Positions 1 through 8,880 are shown, numbered from the stretch's first letter. The stretch: 64,000 bases of DNA from Candidatus Micrarchaeota archaeon (GCA_016207165.1 JACQQD010000001.1:96001-160000), one strand, 5' to 3'. The notes: generated from the letters alone by a model not told the origin. Made by a program: numbers and translations.

Positions 1-2508
1 TGGGTGTGGATTGAAAACCTCCAGGAAAGCCGTTTTGTCGTTGAAGGCCAGCCCGCGTGGGACCGGGTTTTGTTTGATGGCGAGAAACTGGAGGTGCGCG
101 TGCGCGCGTTTCCCCATGCCATTGAACAGGGTAACCAATTGCTGCCGTTTTACTGGATTGATTTTGACACGACCTTGAAAACTTCGGAGCCGGATGTCGA
201 CGTGTTGGCGGAGTTGGAGGCGTTGCGCGTCATGTTTTCGCTGTACCAGCAAACCGGCCAGGGCTTGCCGGACATTGCGAAGAAAGCCGTGGGTTTCGAG
301 CGGTCGTTTCACGACCGCGATTTTTCCGCGGCCTCTTGTGAGGCGTCTTTGTCGGAACTCTTCAAGCAGTCCCTGCAAGCCGAGGAGCGCCTCATTTGGC
401 GGGGTCTCTTGTATCAAGGCGCCGACGGGGCGCTTTGGTTGCAGGTCGACGAGCGGCAAAACGAGAACTGGCATGGATTGGACTCGTGGGTGGAAGTCAA
501 CGTCAATTATCCGTACCACGATGTTCGAGGGGTGGACCGGGAATCCTTCAAAACCCGTCCGGCGTCGGAGCTCTTGGCGTTGTGGAAACAACATGTCGCG
601 GCGCTTGAACAAAACGGGCCTTCGGATTCAGGTTTTGCGCGTCGCGTGTCGGAAGTCAACGCGTTGGGAAACGTGTTATCCGAGAAAGCCAACGATGTTG
701 CCGACCCATTCACCGTTGAACAATGGCAGGCGGAACTAGAGTCCGCGTTTGACGCCTACACCACCGGCTTTTCGAAAACCCTGGTGCGCGAGAAAAACGT
801 GCACATCGCTTTGTTGTCCATGAACCAGACCCGTTCGAACTCCTATTGCCAGCCCGAACACCAGGAATGCGGGTTTTCGGACCGCTGCGAGAACGCGCAA
901 TGCGTGTTGGACCCCAGTCGCGGACCCCCAGAACCCGAGTTTGAACCTCCGGAATTCGTGGAACCGGTTCCGCCTATTGAACTGCCAGCGCCCGTGTCGG
1001 AACCCGTTGGTTCCGCGCCCACGGAAAACCCCTCGCTTTCGCCGACTCCGTCTGGTTCCCCGGCTGCAAGCCCGACGCCTTCCGTTGAACCCAGTGCCTC
1101 GCCGTCTCCGAGTCCCTCTGCGAGCCCAAGCCCGTCTCCGTCCGCGGAACCATCGTCTTTACCTAGTCCATTTCCAAGTCCGTCGCCCGCCGCCAACTTG
1201 TCCGCCCCAAGACTCTTCACGGGTTTTCTGACGCTTTCGGTTCCCGAAGAACCGGTGAGCTGCAATGCCAACCAGGTGTTCAACCCGGAATTCGGTCACT
1301 GCACGTGTTCCGCAGGATTTTTTGACTGCGACGGGGACTGGATTAACGGCTGCGAGTCGACGGTACAATGTCGTGAGTGTCAAGCGGACGCGGATTGCGC
1401 GCTGGCGCGCTGCGACGGCGACTATTCCACGGTCCGGTTCGTCTGCCGTTCAGGCGAGGCGTTTCAAGAACAGGTGGCGGCCGCGGAATTCGGCGCTTTT
1501 TGCCGGGAGGGCGTTGCGCGCGACGAATTCGGCGCGTGGGTCAGTGCATGGGGCGAAGGGTTCGAGTCCTTTGACCGGTTCAAGCAGGACGCGTGGAACG
1601 AAACGGAGAACCAGTGGTGCCAGCAGGAATTTGAATCGGCTCGGCTGGAGCGCTTGGCGTTGCAGGAAAGTTTGAACGACGAGTTCTTGACGTGGTTTTT
1701 CTCGGAGTTCGTGGACGAAAACGCCCGCGACTTTGAATCGCACGGCCGGTCGGTGCACGCCGTTTTTGACGCACTTCAAAGCGTGAACAGCGAATTGGCG
1801 CGCAGCATGGGCTGCTTGAAAATGACGGAATTGCCCGCCGAATTCAAGCCGGTATCCGTTTCCTTTGATTCCTTGGGGGGCGACGTGACGATTTGGGAAG
1901 AAGTCAAAACCGATGAAGAATTCGGGGAAGGAAAAACGCCCGTGATTTCCCCCTACGTGAAGATGTGGTTTTTCCCGCCCAAGGAAGAGTTCAAGAAGAT
2001 CTTCACGGAAAAAGTCAAGGAAAACTTTGTCGGCCCCACGCCGTCGGAAATCCAGTTCATCCGCCAGGACGAACAAGCCATGGCGAAAATCCGGAGCATT
2101 GCCAACGCGTTTGGCGGCGACGCCCGCATCGTCTTGGAGGTGCGCGACGGCGATGAAGTGGTATTGCGCAATTACAACGTGATCAACGAACGCGACGTCA
2201 TGAAAGTCTCTTTCGTGGATGAAGCGCCGCCGGACGCCAAAGTCACTTTGGTCATCGAATTTGACTTTTTGTATTCCATGATGGAAACCATCATCAAGGA
2301 TTTGGAGGGCGCCCGCACCCAGGGCCCGTGGTGGGAGGACCAATCCGAGCGGCCCCACGAATTCAACGAGGACCTCATCCCCATTCGCATGTTCTTGGGT
2401 TTGGTCGCCGGCATCTTCACCGGCGACATTCAAGTCCAGCCCGTCGACCAACTGCCGGCTGTAATCAGCGTGATTTCGGAATTGATGCAGGTCATGCCGA
2501 AACAGTAG
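1..2508 (+). CDS. Large probable surface/secreted protein, 5'-truncated, with Pro/Ser-rich linker and Cys-rich modules
   Basis: Open frame from the window edge (at least 834 aa); SPSPSPSA low-complexity tract; Cys clusters such as CTCSAGFFDCDGDWINGCES. Confidence 0.75.
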   Translation, partial: WVWIENLQESRFVVEGQPAWDRVLFDGEKLEVRVRAFPHAIEQGNQLLPFYWIDFDTTLKTSEPDVDVLAELEALRVMFSLYQQTGQGLPDIAKKAVGFERSFHDRDFSAASCEASLSELFKQSLQAEERLIWRGLLYQGADGALWLQVDERQNENWHGLDSWVEVNVNYPYHDVRGVDRESFKTRPASELLALWKQHVAALEQNGPSDSGFARRVSEVNALGNVLSEKANDVADPFTVEQWQAELESAFDAYTTGFSKTLVREKNVHIALLSMNQTRSNSYCQPEHQECGFSDRCENAQCVLDPSRGPPEPEFEPPEFVEPVPPIELPAPVSEPVGSAPTENPSLSPTPSGSPAASPTPSVEPSASPSPSPSASPSPSPSAEPSSLPSPFPSPSPAANLSAPRLFTGFLTLSVPEEPVSCNANQVFNPEFGHCTCSAGFFDCDGDWINGCESTVQCRECQADADCALARCDGDYSTVRFVCRSGEAFQEQVAAAEFGAFCREGVARDEFGAWVSAWGEGFESFDRFKQDAWNETENQWCQQEFESARLERLALQESLNDEFLTWFFSEFVDENARDFESHGRSVHAVFDALQSVNSELARSMGCLKMTELPAEFKPVSVSFDSLGGDVTIWEEVKTDEEFGEGKTPVISPYVKMWFFPPKEEFKKIFTEKVKENFVGPTPSEIQFIRQDEQAMAKIRSIANAFGGDARIVLEVRDGDEVVLRNYNVINERDVMKVSFVDEAPPDAKVTLVIEFDFLYSMMETIIKDLEGARTQGPWWEDQSERPHEFNEDLIPIRMFLGLVAGIFTGDIQVQPVDQLPAVISVISELMQVMPKQ

Positions 2509-2537
2509 CTTGCATTCTTGATGTGGCTCCTGACTCC

Positions 2538-2551
2538 AAAGCCCTTTTAAA
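2538..2551 (+). promoter_or_regulatory. Putative BRE/TATA promoter of tRNA-Phe
   Basis: AAAGCCCTTTTAAA about 70 nt upstream of the tRNA. Confidence 0.45.
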
Positions 2552-2621
2552 CCAATTCTTGCAAACCTTCTTCCTTGGGTTTGGCGGTGGCCGCTTCGCG
2601 GAAATCGTTCGACCTCAAGAT

Positions 2622-2819
2622 GCCGCTGTAGCTCAGCCTGATCGTTTAAACCCGGTTCGGGTTTAAGGCGAGGCTATGGAGAGCGTTCGATTTTCCTGAT
2701 GAGTTTTCATCCGGGAAAGACGAAGCTGAAGACCTGTCCTAGGCAGAAACCGATAGGAACCTGGCCCGTTTGGGTTTGGTTCTCGGTAAGTGCCGTGAGT
2801 TCAAATCTCACCAGCGGCA
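2622..2819 (+). tRNA. tRNA-Phe(GAA) with four introns (2641-2677, 2690-2724, 2732-2748, 2755-2789)
   Basis: Joined exons give GCCGCTG TA GCTC AGCCTGGGA GAGC G TTCGG CTGAAGA CCGAT GTGCC GTGAG TTCAAAT CTCAC CAGCGGC A (74 nt); three introns have clear BHB motifs and the 37/38 intron a relaxed one. Confidence 0.9.
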
Positions 2820-2843
2820 TTTTTCTTTTCTATTCTATTTTTG
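2820..2843 (+). terminator. Oligo-T archaeal terminator
   Basis: T-rich tract directly after the tRNA discriminator base. Confidence 0.5.
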
Positions 2844-2901
2844 GTTTGCCGGTCCAAGCTTATTCTAACCTTTTTATGGTTTGGCGACGTATTTTTTCGT
2901 C

Positions 2902-3687
2902 ATGGCGAATCGTCAAACGGCTTTGATCACCGGCGCGTCCAGCGGCATCGGCTTGGAGTTGGCCAAGGTGTTTGCAGGACACGGGTATGCCTTGGTGTTG
3001 GTGGCGCGTTCGAAAGACGCGTTGGAAAGGGCGGCTGCTTTTCTTCGATCCGAGTTTGACGTAGCCGTTTTCGTGGTGGCCTTGGATTTGTCGGATTCGT
3101 CGGCGCCCAAACGGCTTTTTGACGTGTTGAAGAAAAAGCGGATTGCCGTGGACGTGTTGGTTAACAATGCGGGGTTCGGCTTGCACGGCGAGTTTGTGGA
3201 CACGGATTTGAAGACGGAGTTGTCCATGATTCAAGTCAACGTGTCGGCGTTAACCGCGCTTTGCAAGTGGTTCGTCGGCCCCATGGCCCAAAAAGGTCGC
3301 GGCCGGATTCTCAACGTGGCCTCCACCGCCGCGTTTCAACCCGGTCCCTTCATGGCCGTCTATTATGCGTCCAAGGCGTATGTGCTTTCTTTTTCCGAGG
3401 CGTTGTCCGAGGAACTCCGTGGAACCGGGGTGACGGTGACGGCGTTGTGTCCGGGCCCCACGCGCACGCAATTCCAGCGCCAGGCCCGACTCGGTACCAA
3501 CCGACTTTTTTCAGGTCCCTTGGTCATGGATGCCTCGGACGTGGCGCGCATTGGTTTCAAGGCGTTGATGCGGGGAAAGCCGGTGGTCGTGACGGGTTTT
3601 TTGAACAAGTTGTTTTCGGAGGCCGTGCGTTTTACGCCGCGTCGCGTGGTGCGGCGGTTGGTGCGCAAGGTTCAAGAACGACGTTGA
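2902..3687 (+). CDS. Short-chain dehydrogenase/reductase (SDR)
   Basis: TGASSGIG, NNAG and YYASK motifs; ATG at 2902 preferred. Confidence 0.93.
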   Translation: MANRQTALITGASSGIGLELAKVFAGHGYALVLVARSKDALERAAAFLRSEFDVAVFVVALDLSDSSAPKRLFDVLKKKRIAVDVLVNNAGFGLHGEFVDTDLKTELSMIQVNVSALTALCKWFVGPMAQKGRGRILNVASTAAFQPGPFMAVYYASKAYVLSFSEALSEELRGTGVTVTALCPGPTRTQFQRQARLGTNRLFSGPLVMDASDVARIGFKALMRGKPVVVTGFLNKLFSEAVRFTPRRVVRRLVRKVQERR

Positions 3688-3778
3688 ACTCCAACCCTGG
3701 ATTAGGGGGTTGTCGCGTAGCGGCCTGAACGTATTCTTTAAAACGGGGGACGTCGTGGGTTGTGTTGGTGTAGTTTGC

Positions 3779-4192
3779 ATGAAGTGGTTTGGCCTTTTTT
3801 TGCTGTCTTTTTTGGCGTTGGGTTGTGTGCAACCTGGACCGCCCCTCGCGTCGCCGACGCCTTCGCCGGGCGGAAGCCAGTTGGCCAACCCCGCGGCGGT
3901 TCACTGTGCGGCGTTGGGCTATGAAAACAAGATTGCGGACGGGGCTGGAGGCCAATATGGCGTCTGCGTGTTTCCGGACGGTTCGTCCTGCGACGACTGG
4001 GCGTTTCTGCGCGGCGAATGCGGGCAAGCCTTTAGCGCGTGCGCGAAATCCGGGGGACGTCTTGGAGGGGTTTTGATGGGCCCCAACGGCCCCGTGACGT
4101 CCAATTCGACGTGCCAGTTTTCGGATGGCTCGATTTGCGAGGAATCGGATTTGGCGTCGGGTTCCTGCAAGCCGGCGCAGCAATTGCCGTGA
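3779..4192 (+). CDS. DUF333-family lipoprotein
   Basis: Lipobox LALGC; ANPAAVHC...GVCVFPDGSSCDDWAFLRGEC. Confidence 0.8.
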   Translation: MKWFGLFLLSFLALGCVQPGPPLASPTPSPGGSQLANPAAVHCAALGYENKIADGAGGQYGVCVFPDGSSCDDWAFLRGECGQAFSACAKSGGRLGGVLMGPNGPVTSNSTCQFSDGSICEESDLASGSCKPAQQLP

Positions 4193-4279
4193 TTTTCCGT
4201 AATCCGGCAACGCCTTTAAAACCCTTATCGCGCATAAGGTTTTTCCCTTTTTTGGCGAATTTCAAGGCACGAAACAAAC

Positions 4280-4350
4280 GCGACCGTGGTCTAGTGGTAT
4301 GATACGACCTTGCCAAGGTCGAGACCCGGGTTCGATTCCCGGCGGTCGCA
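4280..4350 (+). tRNA. tRNA-Gly(GCC)
   Basis: GCGACCG/CGGTCGC acceptor stem, GACCT TGCCA AGGTC anticodon arm, TTCGATT T-loop; T-run follows. Confidence 0.97.
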
Positions 4351-4381
4351 TTCTTTTTTTTTGGATTCCTTGGAAGACGTT

Positions 4382-4477
4382 TTAGCGCTTGATGCGCCGC
4401 CGGTACTTGTATTCCGTGGATTCGCCCCAGCGACAGGCGGGGTTCTGCGGTTTTTTCGGTTTGTATGATTTCGCCAT
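4382..4477 (-). CDS. Small basic protein, 31 aa (MAKSYKPKKPQNPACRWGESTEYKYRRRIKR)
   Basis: ATG-to-TAA ORF translated by hand in an otherwise empty intergenic gap; below the ORF-track cutoff. Confidence 0.5.
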   Translation of the reverse strand: MAKSYKPKKPQNPACRWGESTEYKYRRRIKR

Positions 4478-4676
4478 GTTTTCTTATGGTGTGGCTAGGT
4501 AATAACCCCTCGGCTTGCGCTGTAACGTACCTAACCGGCTTGCCGATTCCACGAGTGCATCGGGGAACCGTTCAAACCTTTTCTTCGACGAGTTGTTTTG
4601 GTTTTTCCGGTTGAAGGGCAAAAACCGTTTACGAGGCCCACAACCAAATCCGCGCCACCGACCAACGCCAAGAGTT

Positions 4677-5864
4677 TTATCTTGAAAGGCAATCCGAAGC
4701 GTAGCAGGGGCTGTTTTGCCCTTGACTTTTTTCCACGTCGTCGCATACGCCGTCACACCAGATTTTTCCGCCGGGCGGAGCGCCTTGGGCTGGTTGGTTC
4801 AATCCATTGGGTGGCGAGCCGAGGGTTCCGGTGGCGTTGTTGACTTTGTACGTCATCGCGTATGATCCATCGGAAAGACGGACTACGTCGGGGTCGCATA
4901 CGACGCCTCGGACTTGGCCTTGGAAGATGTCGCCTTGTTCTTTGGTGAACGTCGTTGCGTCCGGGGCGAAGGCGGTTTGGATGCCCATGCCGCAGGCGAA
5001 CAACCGGACGCCGTCGGGTGTGGAGATGGCGGAGGGCACGCCGCCGAGGTTTCCGCCGGTAATGGATCTTGCGGTGAACGTCAGTCCGTCGTCGCTGACC
5101 GCCAGTTCTGTGGCCTGGCCCACGGAGTAGTACATGAGCCATTGGCCGTTGTGCTCAATGACGTCGGGGTCGGTGAGGCCCTCGTCTTCAAACCGGGTTC
5201 CCGGTTCCGCGGCGAACGAGATGCCGTCCGTGGAGACGGCGCTGTATACCTTGTGCTTGCCTTCGGCACGGGCGGGGTCGCCGGTTGTGACTTCCGAGCC
5301 GAAAAAGTAGAGGCGAATTCTTCCGTCCTCCAATTGGACGATGCCGGGGTCGACCGCCGCTCCTGCGTTCTGTTTTCCGGTGATGGCCACGACGCCTTGG
5401 TCCGTCCAGGTTTTTCCTTGGTCGCTGGAGTAAAGCACTCGGATGTTCTCGGATCCGGGGGTAATGAATTGCGAGAAGTCCACGTAGTAAATCAGCAGGC
5501 CGCCTGGTTCAAAAGCCCCGGCGGGTTTTTCCAGGCGCAATAGCCCGGGCACCGAGGCTTGTTCGGCGACCCGCGGCCCGGGTTGCCAGTTTTTGCCGTC
5601 TTGCGAGAACGCGATGTACGTTTTGTCGTTCCAGGGGCCGTTGCCTTGGGTTTGGGCGATGGATGGCCGTGGACTGGCGGAAGGCGTGGGGGCTTGAGGC
5701 TTTGTTTCGTCGGAGTCGCAGATTTCGTTGCCGTTTTGGTCTAGACAACAGCTTGTGCCGACCAAGATGTAGGGCGCGTTGCACACGAAAGCGGGGGTTT
5801 GCGTTTGCAGGCATCCGGCCAAGAAGGCGGCCAGCATCACGACAGCAACCCACTTCATGAGCAT
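4677..5864 (-). CDS. Lipoprotein with Asp-box/beta-propeller glycosidase-like domain
   Basis: Lipobox FLAGC; repeated SxDGxxW/F boxes; DPGIV, DPDVI and DPDVV motifs. Confidence 0.75.
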   Translation of the reverse strand: MLMKWVAVVMLAAFLAGCLQTQTPAFVCNAPYILVGTSCCLDQNGNEICDSDETKPQAPTPSASPRPSIAQTQGNGPWNDKTYIAFSQDGKNWQPGPRVAEQASVPGLLRLEKPAGAFEPGGLLIYYVDFSQFITPGSENIRVLYSSDQGKTWTDQGVVAITGKQNAGAAVDPGIVQLEDGRIRLYFFGSEVTTGDPARAEGKHKVYSAVSTDGISFAAEPGTRFEDEGLTDPDVIEHNGQWLMYYSVGQATELAVSDDGLTFTARSITGGNLGGVPSAISTPDGVRLFACGMGIQTAFAPDATTFTKEQGDIFQGQVRGVVCDPDVVRLSDGSYAMTYKVNNATGTLGSPPNGLNQPAQGAPPGGKIWCDGVCDDVEKSQGQNSPCYASDCLSR

Positions 5865-5925
5865 ACTTTTTTTTTGAAGTATAAAACCAAAGCGTTTTCT
5901 TGGGCTTCATTCTTTTCCAGTTCCC

Positions 5926-6393
5926 ATGGATGGATTCGCGGTGAAACTGGAGGCGTACATGAAGGCGCACGGCGTTCAAGGAGAGTTGCTGTGGTTTGAT
6001 CAGTCGTGCCATTCCGTGGCCGAGGCGGCGCACGCCGTTGGTGCGCCTGAGTCGGATTTCGTGAAAAACATTTGCATGGTCGCGTCTGACGGAAGGCTGG
6101 TGGTGGCCGTGGTCAAGGGCGAAAATCGCGCCAGCACGACGGCGGTGGGCAACGTGTTGGGTTTGGCGGAGCGGCCGCGGACGGCGACGCCCGACGAGAT
6201 TCTTCAGAAGACGGGTTATCCGTGCGGGGGCACGCCGAGTTTCGGTTATTCCGCCGTTTTCTTGGTGGACGAGCGCGTGTTGGAAAACGAGGTCGTGTAT
6301 TCCGGCGGGGGTTCGACTCAGGCGTTGGTGAAAATGGCGCCGGTGGACTTGCTTTCAGCCAACCACGGTCAAGTGGCCCGGATTCGAAAGTAG
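5926..6393 (+). CDS. YbaK/EbsC aminoacyl-tRNA editing protein
   Basis: FVKNI, TGYPCGGTPSFG and YSGGGS motifs. Confidence 0.88.
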   Translation: MDGFAVKLEAYMKAHGVQGELLWFDQSCHSVAEAAHAVGAPESDFVKNICMVASDGRLVVAVVKGENRASTTAVGNVLGLAERPRTATPDEILQKTGYPCGGTPSFGYSAVFLVDERVLENEVVYSGGGSTQALVKMAPVDLLSANHGQVARIRK

Positions 6394-6397
6394 CGCT

Positions 6398-6853
6398 TCA
6401 AGTGAAGTGGATGCGGACGCGGTAGCGTCTTGGTCCCGGGCTTCCGTCGGGGTTTTCCATGTTCATGCCCACGTGGATTTCGTGTTGGATTCCGGGTTGC
6501 ATTTCCCCGAAGGGGTGGATTTGCCCTTTCGTCAATGGCGTGGGTTCTCCGCGTGTTGAGGCCGCTTCCGCCGTGTTTCGGCTGAAGTGATGGTAGTAGA
6601 GCCGCCCGCCGGAAATGACGAAGGCCCCGTGTTCGTTGGAAATGCCTTCAATGCTAGGCTTGATTTCTTCGCCTCCTTGGCTCTTTACGGCGAATCCGAG
6701 GTGGGATTGCGGGTGGCGGCCCATTTTAACGGTGAGGCCGTCGCGCGCGGGTTCCTCGTGGGACGCGTAGGGTTCGTATGTTCCTTTTTGGTTTCTTCGC
6801 TCCACCACGAAGCGCACGTTCATTTTTTCCACTTCAGTAGATTCGAGTGCCAA
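6398..6853 (-). CDS. FHA-domain-like protein (alternative start 6823)
   Basis: MGRHP...ISNEH...SRNT matches the FHA GR/SxxH/N pattern. Confidence 0.55.
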   Translation of the reverse strand: MALESTEVEKMNVRFVVERRNQKGTYEPYASHEEPARDGLTVKMGRHPQSHLGFAVKSQGGEEIKPSIEGISNEHGAFVISGGRLYYHHFSRNTAEAASTRGEPTPLTKGQIHPFGEMQPGIQHEIHVGMNMENPDGSPGPRRYRVRIHFT

Positions 6854-7166
6854 TGGGCGCGTCGCCGTCGGGGACCAGCAATTGGATGGATTCGTGGGTT
6901 TCGCCGGCGGCCAAAAGCATGCCTTCGCTTTGCACGCCTTTCATGGTTTTGGGTTCCAGGTTGCAGAGCACCACGATTTTTTTTCCGGCCAGGTCCTCGG
7001 GCGCGTAACGGAGGGCCAGTCCGGCGACCAGGGTTCGGGGCGCTTCTTCGCCGGTGTCCACGGAGAGTTTGAGGAGTTTGTCTGCGCCTTGGATTCTTTC
7101 GGCGGATAGGATTTGGCCGACGCGGATTTCCAGTTTCGAGAAGTCCTCGTATTTGACGGAGTCCAT
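6834..7166 (-). CDS. Stand-alone tRNA-binding OB-fold protein (MetRS C-terminal/Trbp111-like)
   Basis: DFSKLEIRVGQI, ADKLLKL, NLEPKTMKGVQSEGMLLAA. Confidence 0.92.
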   Translation of the reverse strand: MDSVKYEDFSKLEIRVGQILSAERIQGADKLLKLSVDTGEEAPRTLVAGLALRYAPEDLAGKKIVVLCNLEPKTMKGVQSEGMLLAAGETHESIQLLVPDGDAPIGTRIY

Positions 7167-7249
7167 CGCGTTTTTCCCTTTGTTCGATTCCTGGGTTTAG
7201 TGCGGCAGAGTGCTTTTGTTTGTTTGGGTTGGCCAGGCGGGTTTGTTTC

Positions 7250-8119
7250 TTACTCCAGGATTTCTACGGCGTCCACCACGCCGTCGCCGTCCTCGTCAAA
7301 GCCTTGAACAACGTGGGCGAAGGGTTCGGTGGAGAGCTTTTTGGGGTGTTTGGACAGGGCCAGCACGGCGGCGCGGGTGGCGTTGTGCGAGAGTCCGGCG
7401 ATGACGAAGAGTTTTTTTCCTTCGGTAAACGGGCTGTCCGCGGATTGGACGACGCCGACGTTGTCGCCGTATTTTTTGTGGGTCAGCGTGGAGTGGATGT
7501 CGAAGGCTTCGGTGAAGCGGATGGGCAAATGCGCGTTGGCTTCGTGCACCAGGGTGTTGACTTTGGGTCCTCCAACTAAAAACAGGTTTTCGTTGCGGAC
7601 GCGGTCCAGCGCTTCCGTGTCCAAGTAGTACAATGGATAGGGGCATTGCGCGTATTGGGAGAGGAAGGCCGAAAGCTCGATGGCGGCGAACTCCGAGCCG
7701 CGGGCGCGGTACGCTCCGTGGGGTTCCGGTGAGCCCACCACCAGGCGGGCGTTAAGCGTCCCGTCCTTTATGAATGCGTCCAAGAAGGCGGGCGGTTTTT
7801 TCGGGTTTTGGGCAAACGGGTGGAATTCCTCCGTCAGCGGCAGGGCGAGGGCTTTGGCGGTGGAAACGTATTGCTTGGCGATGCCTCCGTGCTTTTGTTC
7901 GAACCGCTCCAACTTGATGAGGCCCTCTTTTGAAAGAATGCGCAGGTGGTAGTACGCGGTCTGGGGATGCATGCGGAGCGTTTTGGCCAAGTCGGCGGCG
8001 TACCGAGGCTTTTCCGCCAAGGCCTTTAGAATGCGGAGGCGGTCGGGGTTAAGCACGCCCAACGCGTTTTCGTCGACTTGCAAGGCGTCCAGCGCCATTG
8101 AATCCTTGAGCAGTTTCAT
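7250..8119 (-). CDS. ArsR-type HTH regulator with C-terminal S-layer-like domain
   Basis: N-terminal winged helix (RLRILKAL...YYHLRILSKEGLI); NLFLVGGPKVN motif. Confidence 0.75.
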   Translation of the reverse strand: MKLLKDSMALDALQVDENALGVLNPDRLRILKALAEKPRYAADLAKTLRMHPQTAYYHLRILSKEGLIKLERFEQKHGGIAKQYVSTAKALALPLTEEFHPFAQNPKKPPAFLDAFIKDGTLNARLVVGSPEPHGAYRARGSEFAAIELSAFLSQYAQCPYPLYYLDTEALDRVRNENLFLVGGPKVNTLVHEANAHLPIRFTEAFDIHSTLTHKKYGDNVGVVQSADSPFTEGKKLFVIAGLSHNATRAAVLALSKHPKKLSTEPFAHVVQGFDEDGDGVVDAVEILE

Positions 8120-8880
8120 GGCCGCACGTCCTGGATTTGTCGGTGGATGGAACGGCTTGAAGCGATGATGAATGACGTTTTCTCCATGGTTGTGTCAATC
8201 GGTTTTCCGTTGGCTTGCGTGACGATTGCTCCGGCTTGTTTGGCGATGTGGGCGCCGGCGGCGATGTCGTAGGGGTTCACCCGGTAATCAAAGGACGCGT
8301 CGGCGCGGCTGGCGGCCACAAAACATGCCGAAAGCGCGCAGGAACCCAACGACTTGAGACTCATGTGGCGGTCCAGCAACGCGTTCATCCATTGCCTGTT
8401 TTTGGTGAATCCCTCGAGGCTGCGGGTGCAGATTTCCAGGCAGACGACGTCCAGGGTTTGGCTTGGCCGCACGCGCAGGCGTTTTTTGTTCAGGAACGCT
8501 CCACTGGATTCCGCGTAAAAAAGTTCGTCGGTGACGGGGTTTGACACGACGCCAAGAACGGTTTTCCCATTTTGGCCCAAGGCGATGCTGGTGGCAAAAT
8601 AGGGGATGCCGCGGATAAAGTTGGTCGTGCCGTCGATGGGGTCCACGATCCACGTGTATTTTTCTCCGTCGCGTCGGCCGGTTTCCTCGCCCCAAAACCC
8701 GTGGTCCGGGAAACGTCGGGACAAGACCTCGCGGATGGCGTTTTCCGCGGCGTGGTCGGTTTTCGTGACTTCCTCGCCATTTGGTTTTCGGTCTGCGCGC
8801 ACGTTTCGGCCGTACTGGGATTCAATGATTTCTCCTGCGGTTTTGGCGGCTTCCAACGCCACGTCCAAAAATTTAGTCAT
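8116..8880 (-). CDS. suhB: Inositol monophosphatase family protein
   Basis: GEE, WIVDPIDGTTNF and PYDIAAG; ATG at 8880 preferred. Confidence 0.88.
   Translation of the reverse strand: MTKFLDVALEAAKTAGEIIESQYGRNVRADRKPNGEEVTKTDHAAENAIREVLSRRFPDHGFWGEETGRRDGEKYTWIVDPIDGTTNFIRGIPYFATSIALGQNGKTVLGVVSNPVTDELFYAESSGAFLNKKRLRVRPSQTLDVVCLEICTRSLEGFTKNRQWMNALLDRHMSLKSLGSCALSACFVAASRADASFDYRVNPYDIAAGAHIAKQAGAIVTQANGKPIDTTMEKTSFIIASSRSIHRQIQDVRP

Noticed and set aside
1030-1190. Tandem-repeat-like tract
   Set aside because: It encodes the Pro/Ser linker with varied codons; not a CRISPR array or DNA-level repeat.
2696-2725. Hammerhead-like CTGATGAG...CGAA inside tRNA intron 2
   Set aside because: The core ends GAAG rather than GAAA, no convincing stems I and III were found, and the bases are explained by the intron hairpin and BHB.
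4490-4550. c-di-GMP-I riboswitch resemblance (GGCAAGCC...GCAAGCC)
   Set aside because: The GAAA-capped P2 stem and receptor are missing; kept only as a generic structured leader.
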